Assembly: GCF_009914755.1 (NCBI RefSeq)
Contig: NC_060947.1
Strand: one strand, 5' to 3'
DNA length: 64,000 nt
Origin: the human T2T-CHM13v2.0 reference genome, Homo sapiens
The notes beneath the pieces were generated by a model that ran no database searches, was not told the DNA's origin, and was given only the letters and a program-made list of their open reading frames with translations. Positions 1 to 13,224 of this stretch are shown in pieces. A program made the translations under genes and the position numbers. The first letter of the stretch is position 1; every line of letters begins with the position of its first letter.

Positions 1-3000
1 CCGATGATTAAAAATACATTCCATTTCCTCTACGTGCAAATTCAATCTGTCGAACTGGATGACAGCACCATAAAGCCGCTGAAATTCTGAAACCCAACCT
101 GCTAAACATCCTGAACAGACATTCTCCAAAGAAAACTGAAGAAAAATGTATGTATCCTTTTGAGATGTGGAAACATCTTAAAATTACTTAAGAACGATTT
201 CAAAATAACCCCCTAATAAACTGCTTAATGTGAACAGCATTTCAAATTCTCAGCCTAGTTTTAAATTTCCACCTTTGTTGTAAATGGAACCCAAATAAGA
301 ATTTCCTTGTGCTCTTAAGAATACTATAGGGTTTAAGATCTACTGCAAGATCCCTCTAGCAGACATTGGCATAAACCCTTGAAAACTGTGGGTTGTATCT
401 TTAAAAGGTGTCAAAGGAAAAGCAGATGAAATGCTGTAATCTCCACCCACTGTCACTTAAGACTTACTGCCCACGCACTCCACAGTCCCAGCCAGCATCC
501 TGCATCCACCCTTTTTTTTCAAGCCCACTGCATTAGACCATGGAAACTCAGGATGTGTGGCCACAACGGCCCCTGCTCTGGATCCAGCTGGCCCACCACG
601 TGGCGTGGCCGTGACCTTAGTCACACTTCCCCCTGACATCCTGTGAGTGGGCTCAAGCTGGAGCCAGACCTTCCCACCGTGCTGCCCGCCCTGCTCCTGG
701 AAATGACAAAACCCGGCTCCCTAAAACATTCCATTCTCCACTTACACCAACAGAGCTTCCTGCTCCCCACCCCTCCTGAACAACAGGTCTTTGAATATCA
801 TTCACCACCCTGGTAACACCTTTAACCATTTGGCCATTAGCTACTAAGGGAGGCATGCACAACTTCACTTCGGATTTTCATAGAAGCCTGTTCTCTTGAT
901 TTTCACTAAGTTTTTTAAACTATTATCACAAGAATCACTTCTACGGGATTTATAAGCATATGCAACATTCAAAATCGAAAACGTGGCACTGCAAAATCTG
1001 CACAACAAAGCTCTTCATGAGAGAAGTATCTCTTAATTTAGTGGAGAGAGTATCTGCTGGATTCAGATTTACATAAGCATTATCTTCTTGGTCCTCTTCT
1101 AAGCTGGACTAAAAGGATTTCAGAAATCTTCGACTTACTATGTATAACTCTCATCTTTGAAAAAGAACTTGCATTTTAATAAAAAGGTTAATGAGAAAAA
1201 AATACTCCCAATTTAGTTTTAGCTGTAGAGTCAAGAAGCAAGTTTTTGTTTCATCAGATGGTAAAGGTAATGCTTTTAACTGGCAGCACTAACCCCACCT
1301 TCCTCCTAAGAGGTGTCTGTGGATCCTAAGGATGGTTTTTCAAGCAAAGAGGTAAAGTTGGGTAGAGTGACACTAAGGGGGCAATTAAGGCACCCATTGT
1401 TTAGAGTCATACTATTCTCCATATTCAAAATCAAACAGAGGTTCCAGTTCTACGTAGGATAGATAGTCAGCACACTCCACCCTGTTTTTCCCAGGGCCGC
1501 AACTACGAACCTCAGAAAGAATGCTTGGAGCAGCTATACGAGGACTCTGAAAAGTAAACAGGAGCAGGCACATTAAGAAGGAAGACTAGAACATGAAAGA
1601 CCACCCAACTGACAGTTTCCTCTTCTTTTTTCATCCAGTGTGCCCAAGCCTGGTCTCAACACACTGTCGGCAGACCCTAGGTGCTGACAGACGACAGGGA
1701 AAAATCCCCTGTTTTTTCCTTTTCTCTGTTCTCTCAGGCCACAGTCCCCAAGTAACCCTGCAGTGGCTACAGCAGCCAGCAGCAAGGGGAGCCTGCAAGA
1801 CAGGGAACTCTGAGGGAGGAAAACCTTCCTCTAGATTCAACAGTGCCATGATTCCAAGAAAGTAGGGCCAAATCCCACTGTTTTTAGTGTCTCTGTCCTC
1901 CAGGGGCTTGACCCTGGGGACATGGGCACAGTTGTGAAAGTACATGGCAAAATAGAGTAACTAAAGCCCAAGCTTTCTAGCTAAATGGCCCAAAAGAGAA
2001 GCCCCATAGAACTGGAAAGAACTAGAGAGAGCACAAAGGGGAAGGAGCTCAAGAAAGAGACCCCATAAAGTTGCTTATCCACGTGCAAGTCACTCCTCAG
2101 ATTTGCACTTGTTGACCTCATCCTAACAGTCTACCAATGACTTTGAGAACTGAAGACCTAGCTCCCAGATCGGCCACTGTGGAGCACACACACAGGATAT
2201 ATCCAAATGGTGCTGCAAATGCTAACACAGGACCACAGCTCATAGAAGGTGGTTGGAACTTGTTCTCTGAACCTAACCATTATCAACTGCCTGCTAAAAC
2301 AAAAATATTGACATTCTCCATAGGATTTAGACAAGATGCAGAGTTTCATAACATAATATTCAAAATGCCCTGGATAAATTCAAAATTACTCAGCATGGAA
2401 AAATACAATCAACAGGTGCCAAGGCTGAGATGACAGACATTTGGACTGACAAAAACTTTAAATCAAGTTATTACAAAAATGCTCCAGCAACCAATCATAA
2501 ACAATCTTGAAACCTACGGAAGAGAAAGTCTGGGCAAAGAGACAAAAGATCTAAAGAAGAACTGTTGGAAACTGTAGAACTGAACAATAAAATAACCAAA
2601 ATAAAAAACTCATGGGATGGGCTCAATGGCATCATGGATATAAGAGTCAGCGAACTTGAAGATGAATACATAGAAATTAGCCATTCTGCACAAGAAAGAG
2701 AAAAAATATTTAAAGTAAAAAATGAACAGGGCCTCAGGGGACCAGAGAACAATAAGAGAAGGTCTGCCATTTGTGTCATAGAAATCCCAGAAAGAGAGAA
2801 AGAATGCCGTGCAGTACAGGAAAAATATTTGACAAAATAATGGCTGAAAACTTCATAAATTTCACAAGACACATATACGTACAAATTCTTGGAAAAGCAG
2901 AGTGAACCTCATGTAGGATAAACCCCCCAAAACCACGCTATAAACCAGAGATGAAACAAACATTCCTGAAAGCAGGGAGAGAAAAATGCCCTATTATCTA

Positions 3001-3921
3001 TGTATGGGGCACAAAAAGTCAAATGGTTATAGATTTGTCACCAGAAACCATGGAGGAAAGAAAGAAGTGGCACAATATTTTTAAAGCATTAAAGGAAAAG
3101 AACTGTAATCTAGAATTCTATATCCAGCAAATGTATCCTTCAATAAAGGTGGAATACAGATATCATAACAAAAGGCAGGAGGACAAAGGAACCTATATGG
3201 TGGTAAGGTTTCTACAGTCCACTTAAAGTGATAAAATGTCCATTCGAAGTGATTCTAAGTTGACTGTGAATGATTCTAGTTGACTATACATATTGCAATC
3301 CCTCAAGCAGGCACACACACAAAAAAAGAACTACGAAATATTCAAATAGCTCAAAAAAAAAAAAAAACACAGAATAGGAGAAATAGGAACAAAAATGGAA
3401 TAAACAGAAGGCATAAATCCAAACATATCAACTATTACATTAAACTGAAATGGTCTAAACACAAGAATTAAAGGCAGAGACTGTGAGAATGAATAAATAA
3501 ATATGAACCAACTACATGCTGTCCAACCAAAACTCACTTGAAATATAATATAGGCAGGTAAGTTAAGAGCAGAAGGATGAAAAAAGGTGTAACATGCAAG
3601 CTGTTGAAAAGAAAAGTAGAGTGTCTATATTTAGACAATGCAGACTTGAAGACAAAGACAATTGCCAGGGACAAAGAAGAACATCACATAATAATAATAA
3701 AAGTATCAATTTGCCAAGTGGACATGACAATTCTAAATGCGTATCTACCCAACAAATGACCTTCAAAATACACAAACCAAAAACTGACAGAATACAAAGG
3801 AGAAACAGGTAAATCTACAGTTGTCGTTGGAAACTTCAACACTCTTCTCTCAGTAATATATAGAAATAGACAGAAAACACCATCAATCAATTAAATTTAA
3901 TATTTATAAAATACTCTAACC

Positions 3922-4252
3922 CAGGGATCCCCAACCCCCAGGCCATGGACCAGTACCAGAACGGGCTGCACCGCAGTAGGTGAGCAGCAGGCGAGTGAAC
4001 ATTACCACCTGAGCTTTGCCTTTTGTCAGATCAACAGACGCATTAGATTCTCATAGGAGTGGAAACCCTATTGTGAACTGCACACACGAGGAATCTAGGT
4101 TGTGCACTCCTTATGAGAATCTAATGCCTGATGATCTGAGGTGGAACAGTTTCATCTCGAAACCATCCCCCCACCCCCTCACCCCTCCCACCCCCATACC
4201 AATCCATGGAAAAATTGTCTTCCATGAAACCAGTCCCTGGTGCCAAAAAGGT
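3922..4252 (+). mobile_element. MER1B hAT-Charlie DNA transposon, right terminus missing
   Basis: Starts CAGGGATCCCCAACCCCC, contains GCATTAGATTCTCATAGGAG and ends GAAAAATTGTCTTCCATGAAACCAGTCCCTGGTGCCAAAAAGGT, matching the recalled MER1B consensus. Confidence 0.9.
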
Positions 4253-4496
4253 ACATTCACTGAGATAGACCATACTCTAAAGAATAAACCTTTAATAAAT
4301 TTAAAAGAATTAAAATAATACACAGTATGTCATCTGGCCATGATAAAATTAAACTAGCAATCAACAACAGAAAGAAAAGGAAAATTTCCCAATACATGGA
4401 AATGATACAACACACTTCTAAATAATTTTTCAGTGAAGGGAAAGTCTCAAGTGAAAAAAATACATTGAGTTGAACAAAATGCAAATACAATATATC

Positions 4497-4840
<344 letters not shown>

Positions 4841-5200
4841 CTAAAATAGTGCTTACAGAGAAATTTACAACATTAAATGTTTATATTAGAAGAAAAGAAG
4901 GTCTCTAATCAACAATCTAAGCCTCCACCTAAATAAGTTAGAAAATGAAGAGCAAAATACAGCCAAAGCAAGCAAGAAAGAAAAAGCAGAAAGCAATGAA
5001 ATTGAAAGCAGAAAAACAATAGAAAAAAATGAAACCAAAAGCTGATTCTTTGAAAATATCAGTGCAATTGTTAAAACTCCAGCAAAACTAATAAAAAATA
5101 AAAGGGAAACACAACTTAACTAATATTAGGAATGAAAGAGGGAATATCACTACAGATCCCACAGACATTAAAAGAAGGGAATGTTTATAAATTTGATGGA

Positions 5201-5540
5201 TGATGTTACTAGTATTTTTTGATGAACTTATGTTGTCTATGTTTATAAAGGATACTGGTCTGTAGTTTTGTCATCATTATTTTGTTTTGTTACTGCCATT
5301 GGTATCAGGGTAATGTTGGCCTTATAAAATAAGTTAGAATGTTTTCCCTCTTATTCTAGAAGAGACTGTCATTTCTTCCTTAAATGTTGGAATTTACCAC
5401 TGAAACCATCTGGGTCTGAAGATCCCTTTTTCAGGAGATTTTTAAGTATGAATCCCGTTTTATTAATGGTTATAGGACTATTCAGGTTGCCAATTTCATC
5501 TTAGGTGAGTTCCAGTAGTTTGTGGCTTTTTCAGGAATTG
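5201..5540 (-). mobile_element. L1 ORF2 fragment in inverted orientation
   Basis: TTGGTATCAGGGTAATGTTGGCCTTATAAAATAAGTT and GATACTGGTCTGTAGTTT are antisense L1 ORF2 signatures. Confidence 0.8.
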
Positions 5541-7419
5541 GAGCTGCAAGACGTTCTTGTTGAATTCTCAAGTTTGATTCAGTTACTTGATCTCCTTGAA
5601 TTCCAGAAGAGACCACCTGATCTGGGATCTTCCAGATTGTCACAGACAGGTTCCCAACCTTCTTGGCAACAATCAGATAATGGGTAAGGGGAGCTTAAGG
5701 TTGGGGGAAGCTGAGAGGAGGATGCTGATGGGTTAAATTTCAGGTTCCCAGCTTCAGAGCCCGGGTTGTCACACAGCACAGTGGTTAGCACAGCCATCAA
5801 AATTCCTATTGCCTGGCCAGGGCAAAGGATTTGAAATGTTTAGTTCTATGAAATGAGCTGGGAACTGTGTGGCTGGAGGTGGGGCCAGGGGTGGTAGGTG
5901 GAGGAGGGGTCAGGTCTAAGAGTAAAGCTGGCCAGGGAAGGCCATGGGGACTTCACCACTCTCTCTCCAACTACAGCAACTACCCTCTGAACCACCTGCT
6001 GGGAGGCTACCTTCTGGGATTCCTCCATTGTACAAGAAGCAAATACCCAGGCACAGGGTAAGTGCTGACACAGTCTCTGCCTACATGTGACAAGGAATAT
6101 TTTTTTAACTCTTTATTTCTTTTAAGAAAATTTAGCTTCCACAGAAAAAGTTTGAAAAACACTGCCCTCAGATACCCCAAAGGAGGTGACTTGGGTTTCT
6201 GGCATGGGCTCCTCAGGACAACAACAAGCCAGCCATTCCCAACCCAAGGCAGGGGACCTGAGTGGAGTCAGCCTGAGTTTGGAAACAAAGTCGTGGCACC
6301 CAACTGAATGGCTGCAATTCTTCCCCCATTTAGTCAGACTCATAAAGCTGAAAGTAACCTCATAAATCTCTCTGCCCATGCCCTTATTTCACAGATGAGG
6401 AGACTTCTAATGAAAAATTTCTATCAGCGTTTGACAAGCTATTCTTTCAGGAGATGTTTCCCCTACACCTGGCATTCTCATGATGGGGAATAATCTATAC
6501 TTTCAAGGGACAAACACAATGATGGAATCTGAAACTTGAGGTGAAACTGGCTACCATTTAAGTTTTGCATATGGCAAATTGCCACATGGGAAGGTTTAAA
6601 AAACAAAAAAAACAGACTCAAGTCTGTAGCCCAGGAACCGATCATTCTATTGTAACAGGAGGTCAGGCTCTGCTAACCATCATGACCAACAGATGAACAA
6701 AAAATTGGTATGCAAGTCCATATGAAGCATAGAGCTTTCTGGAAGCAAAAAAAAAAAAAAAAAGTCAAATCAACTACAAGATGGCTAAGACAACTACTAG
6801 AAGAGATGTTCCTGGGAGATTCTAAACTGCATTGCAAACTTGGGTAAACTGACCAATCGTTTTGGGATAGAAAGGCAGAAGAAACTATCAGGCACTGTCA
6901 TCACAGTGGGTAGGATTCCGGACACACCAGTACCAAACAGGTGTGTGACCACCTGCCTGGGACTCTGCTTCTCATTTCATAACCTCTAAAGGTGCTTATT
7001 TTGGATAAAAGTATAGAATTTAGGATTTTAAAAATGCTTTTCATGTATTCAACTTAAAAACCACATTTATTCCATCCAGCTCTGATGGGGCAGAAATAAT
7101 TTATCATCATCACAGCAGGCTGCAAGGGTCCAAAGCAGCAGCTTCCACAAAGGCTTCATGGAATCTCCCTCCTTGAAAATGATGAATACTAGAATGGTTT
7201 AGGTTGGCATTCCCTCCAGACCCTCAGAAGCTGGCTAAGTAACCTCAAAAGTACCCTGTTAGTTCAGTAATTCTGTGAGTCAATGGAAAAATAACAGCAA
7301 TTAATCTTGGGCTCTATGTTTCCATGCCTTGCTATTAAAGAAAGAACATAATGAAATATGCACAGATACAGCTTCTTTCTAGTTTTATCTCAGAACCTGA
7401 TAAAAATAACTTACTTTTG

Positions 7420-7490
7420 CATATGCTCACTGCTGTATCCCCAGCACCTAGACAGGATCTGGTATAAAGTGGAACCTCAGAAATATTTTT
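7420..7490 (+). mobile_element. L2 3' end relic
   Basis: CTCACTGCTGTATCCCCAGCACCTAGACAG is a typical L2 3' terminus. Confidence 0.6.
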
Positions 7491-7679
7491 CCAATGTCAT
7501 TATTACACCAAAATTCTGCAAAATGAAAAATATGCCTTGAAAAACAAATTTGTTATTTATACTGATATACGAATAAGAAAGGAAATCTCAAACTCAACAT
7601 CCATTTTGCTGTATGTTTTTTCTTGGTATAGGCTTGGTGAAATCAGAAAAGGGAAGGTAACGCATATCCTCTCTATCAT

Positions 7680-7845
7680 TTACAATGTGATTTTGGGCAA
7701 ATGACTTGAATGCTCTCTTAAGTATCTATGGCCTCATTTCTAAAATAAGGCCAATCATCTCTTCCTCACAGTGTTGCAGTACAGATGAAGTGTGTAATAA
7801 CTGTTTCAGAGCCTGGCACACAACAGACAGATATTTAACAAATAA
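7680..7845 (+). mobile_element. MIR relic
   Basis: TGTGATTTTGGGCAAATGACTT...AGAGCCTGGCACACA resembles MIR core and tail. Confidence 0.6.
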
Positions 7846-10777
7846 ACACACATGAAAGAATACGGGGAAACCTCTTATCTTCTCCTTCGACCTCACACAT
7901 GAGCCCTGAGTAAAGGTTAGTATCATCCATGTTATTTTCTGAGTTTCTCCGCAAAGAGATGAGTCCTTCAATCATTATAGCAAGAATTCTCTGCCCTGGC
8001 TGTGATCAGAGACCCCAGGGGAGCTTTCTAGCCAGGTAATTTGCTGACCTTGACTCTCCAGGCGTGGGCAGGAAGAGAGGGGCTCTCTGGTGTGGTTTCC
8101 CGCCTGCTCCTGAGCACTCAGGCCCTGACCCAGGCCCTCCAGGAGCCCAGGTACTTGAAGACAGAGGGGCACCAGAAAGGTCACAGGCAGCGTGATGCTT
8201 CAGAGGCAGATAAGAAGGAGGCACAGCATGAGGAGCACCAGTGAAAGGATGGCCAGCCCAAATTAGGAGAACATGAGCTCTGCCTGAGAGAAGCATCCTT
8301 AATTTAACCAGTACATGAAAAGCAGTTTGGAGATAGCTTCTTCAAGCTGTGATTTGACAGAAAGTTCAAGTGAATATATACCTAAGCTTTCCAAAAAAAA
8401 AAAACAGATCTGAAATTGGCTGGTTAATTTGGCCCAAACCATAACATATGGATAGATCGAAATGCTGCTGAAAGCCTCCATTTTAAAAGTGGCATATGTA
8501 TTTTTTCAATGTAAGTTTTAACATTTTTTAAAAAATCATGAGTGATGTAATCAGAAGGTCAATAGTTGCAATGCTGAGCAAAAGCATTTCTCTTTAAGAG
8601 GGAGCCAATCAAGGAGAAGTCTTTCTCATCTTGACCTCCTAGACAAGCCAGATGCTACTTCAGTTCTTTGTATAATTTCAAGGATGTTATAATCCTTCAG
8701 GACTCAGTTTCTCCATCTGTTTAAAAAAAAGCGGGGAGGGATAGATCTAGCTAACTCCAAAATACTACACTTCTCTTCTGAAAATATAAATCATTGTTAC
8801 TTTCCTCTGGGCCAGGTATTTCATTGTCAAATATGCGGTATCTTTGAGTACGTGGTTCGTGAGAAGGGTAAGAGGAAATAGGGTTTCTAAAATAACACAG
8901 ATTCACACAGCCTTTAAGAAAAAGTTCCTAGAGACCTTGTTCACCTCAAAACAGGACAGACCAAACAATATTCCCCCCTTTTTTCTTTTTAATCAAATTT
9001 CCATGACTCCATCTCCCAGATGCCACAAAACCTCTCTCATATAAGCCAAGGCTTAAGATAGAATAAATCTACTTATAGGCTGGGAACTCTCTTGCTAAGT
9101 ATGGGTTTGTGATAATCACATCAGATGAGCATGGTATCGAGTTGAAAGGCCCACACTGAGGATGGTGAGAAGGCCACATGGGCCTGGTGCTATATGCTAT
9201 TCAACACCCCTGCTCAGCTCATAGTGAAGAGTGTATGATACAGACAAGGAAAATCCGAGGCTTAAAAAAGTGCTTTCATTTAATATTGATGAGGGGAGAA
9301 TCACATATATTTTTATGATATATGCAAAGTATAATCAAGTTAAAGTACCAGCACAGGCCCTATTTTGTAACATTCTCAAATAATAATGGAGGAAAGGTCA
9401 CAAAAACCAAATGCGGCCAAGACCAGTCTATTTTTAAAGCATGAGGTATTTAGAGTACATGAAGAAAAATGAATTTTTCATTAACTCCAACACACAGAAA
9501 ACCTTAGTATTCATTAAATGCCATAAAAACTCTTCACATAGGCTTTAAACTTGATAATGCCACATGCTCTAGAAACCCAAAGTAGCTATAGAATATTAAC
9601 ATTTATTAAGCACTAAGAACTGCAGAGTACATAAATAGGGAAACTGCTCACTTACAAATGCAAGAATTCAAAAGCACATAACAACAACCAATCCTAGGAA
9701 CAGTTCAACAGTTTAACTCGCTTCAACAGCCTGATTCTATAAGCACTTGAAGTGTTCCTGGTTTGCAGTGATGAAAGTTCATCTTTAAAAACTAAAGAAC
9801 TACTACTGTAGCCAATGGTTCAACAAAGCACATATGTTGAGAGTCAATGAAAGAAAATTAATTAGGAATAAGAGAATTTGCACTAACATAATTTCTGCAA
9901 AGTGAAATGTCTTCTCTCAATATTTATAGGGAAAACATGGATCCCTCCTTTTCTCACACCATTTCTTAGGCATATAACACTGTGCATAAAATGCCCAACT
10001 TATACCATTTTGTCCTAAAAAGCACAAAGCCATTTTTAATTACAGACAACTGCAAGAAGAACCAATACAACTCTTTTCCCACTTGCTGTAAGGGGAGAAA
10101 TATACAGAGAGCCAGAATGTTACTGAAAATGCTTAATGATAAACTCAAGTTGCCAAAGATGGAGGTTTGTGAAAAATAATCAATCCTGCTAAACATTAAT
10201 GTGAAAATGATCTCTTAGAAATCCAATCTCCAATAAACATGTCAACAGAAAGTTTTAGAAGTATATAGCTGAACAGGCAAATTATTTCTTCCATTTCCTT
10301 CGGAATGTTTTCACATTGCTCTTACAGTTCGGTTCATGAGATGTAATATGATCTAGTACACTGTGTAAATGGATTCATTTGGAAAGTCTCCTTTCATTCA
10401 CAGGTCTGAAAAATGCTTGCTTGCTGCGTTCCAAAGGAGGCCATTTTATAATCAGTAGTTTTTATAAGATTTACTTTGCGTGCTTCTCATGTGATTAGAC
10501 ACTGGCAAGGTCAGCCCTGGTGTGGGGAACAACTGAGCATTAGCAAAATGCTCTTGCTTGAACGCTCACAAGCCTACAATGATCTGTTCTTAGCCCTCAG
10601 TTATTACCTTCCCAAGGCATCCATTAAGTTTCAAGTATTTTACCCGAAAGGAGTAATAAGTTAACAGCCACAAATGCATGTCTAAATGCTACATGCAAGT
10701 TTACTTCTGTCAGTAAAGAGAGCACAGGGTGGGAGGACACCTAAAGCTCCCCATGACCCAGTGGGGTTGCCTGAGTG

Positions 10778-10935
10778 GTAAGGAAAGGAAAAAAAGGGGA
10801 GAGGAGGGAGAGACAGTGAGAAGAGAGAGAAGCGTGACAGGGAGAGAAAAGGAGAAGCAGGGAAAGAGGGAGGAGGGAGAGAGGGAGAGGGACACAGGGA
10901 GAGTCTGGGGAAGGAGGGAGAGAGAGAGAGGAGGG
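10778..10935. repeat. GA-rich polypurine low-complexity tract
   Basis: About 160 bp almost entirely G/A on the + strand. Confidence 0.9.
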
Positions 10936-12364
10936 TTCCTAATAGTAGGTGAGAAACTTAAAAAGACACTAAATTTCTCTGCTTCCCTACGTGGCCTTAA
11001 AGGCAGGTAATTCCATGTTTGCTTTCACTTTCAAACAACTTTACCTATGCATATAGGTGAAGCCTAAAATTAAAATGAATTGATAAAAAAAATTGAGAGG
11101 GCCCAATTACACAATCGATGGAAAAGCAACACGTTTATACCTCCCAGTCAAGAAGAGCATTCTGAGAAAGGAGACTTGCCAGCTTCCAAAGGCACTCAGC
11201 CTTGACAGCTTGGCTACTTCACGGGCTGACTGCAGCTCAAACACCTGTTGGTATCTTGGAGCCACAGCACATCCATCCTTCCCTCACGCCAACATCAACC
11301 TGATGGTGAGCTTTCTGAGTAAGGTGTCTTTGTTGGTTGGTTGAGGCCTTCACGTCCTTCTTAGTTTGGGAGGCACTTGCATTTCATATAGCATCACCAC
11401 ATCTATCGGAGTTGATTTGGGGAAGGTGGGTGTGGAGCAGTGATAAAGGAAAACGTTACATCCTCTGTGGAAATTCCAGGCCTTTCCACTTCTTTCAGGT
11501 ACACCAGAGTTCACTGTGGTCATTATATTCAGAAGACTCACACAGTGCAAAAGGCAGTATTTTGGGGAATGAAGCCATAAACCAGTAAAATAAGCCTCAG
11601 ACTGTTTCCCCAATTTATTATTCTCATTATTCTCATCTCCCATACACAGTATGTTACATGGGGTGCAACAAAACCAAGAAGTTGTTTAAGGATCAAAAAT
11701 CACTTCTATTTTTAAAAAATAACTTGTAATAGAAATATTTTTGCAATATTTAAGGCAGTAAAAATTTAGCACTCTTAGATAGCCCAAACTGTTACTTTAA
11801 AAACCAGATAAATATATATGATGCTTAAATGTGGCAAATATTTTGAAAACATTGACTAGTATTTAAGATATCAATTTTAAAGAATAAAATATTTGATTCA
11901 TTAATTTGTCTTTTGTTTTAAAACTCAGTTACTGTCATAATAAAAAAAGTTGGCAAAATAAGGTTCACTTTTCAATTGCTTTGTAATTTGTCGTCCTTTT
12001 TCCTACCTCCCAGTGTGTGAGAGACAGCTACACAAGTTAAGGCAAAATATAAAACTCCCCTATGGCTCAATTTCCTTTTAAGTAACATGAGGAAATTGTC
12101 AATGATTTGTTTCTGCCCCTCATAACTTTTGAGAATAAGTAAAACTTATAAAGTACTTTGCAAATACAAAAAGCTGTTTTAAAAGATGGGGCAGGGGATG
12201 GACAAGCAGAATAAATATTTCTAGGTCAAAATTCTTATTTCATAACTACCTTTTAATTTTCTAAGTCTCCTGTATTTTCAAAATGTATTTTATAACAGCC
12301 ACAATCCCTAGAGAAGCATTTTTAGTAAACACTCTTTGAACTGAGGAAGAACTGTCTCAGATTT

Positions 12365-12965
<601 letters not shown>

Positions 12966-13022
12966 ATCATTCTTTGAGTAAGAAAATCAATTGTTACATG
13001 TTTTATTAAGAACCTAACTCTT

Positions 13023-13160
13023 GGCCAGGCATGGTGGCTCATGCCTGTAATCCAAACACTTTGGGAGGCCGAGTCAGGAAGATCGCCTGGAGCCCAGGAG
13101 TTCAAGACCAGCCTGGGCAATGTGGCAAGACCCTGTCTCCGTAACGAGGGGAAAAAAAAG
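13023..13160 (+). mobile_element. FLAM / Alu left monomer
   Basis: Single Alu arm with A tail; TSD AAGAACCTAA. Confidence 0.88.
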
Positions 13161-13210
13161 AACCTAAATCTAAATTAGTGTGTACTGTAATACATTATAG
13201 TGAAATGTTT

Positions 13211-13224
13211 CCACTAGATGGCAC
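13211..13224 (+). promoter_or_regulatory. CTCF core motif
   Basis: CCACTAGATGGCAC matches the CCASYAGRKGGCRS consensus at all positions. Confidence 0.7.

Noticed and set aside
1-90. C/D snoRNA-like layout (GATGATT...CTGA)
   Set aside because: Imperfect C box, no clear terminal stem, at the window edge, and on the strand opposite the inferred host gene.
457-868. Short - strand ORFs with nearby gtaagt donors
   Set aside because: Peptides unrecognisable; such splice-like sites are frequent by chance.
8258-8267. Isolated CArG boxes (also 41982-41991)
   Set aside because: A few CC(A/T)6GG matches are expected by chance in 64 kb of AT-rich DNA.
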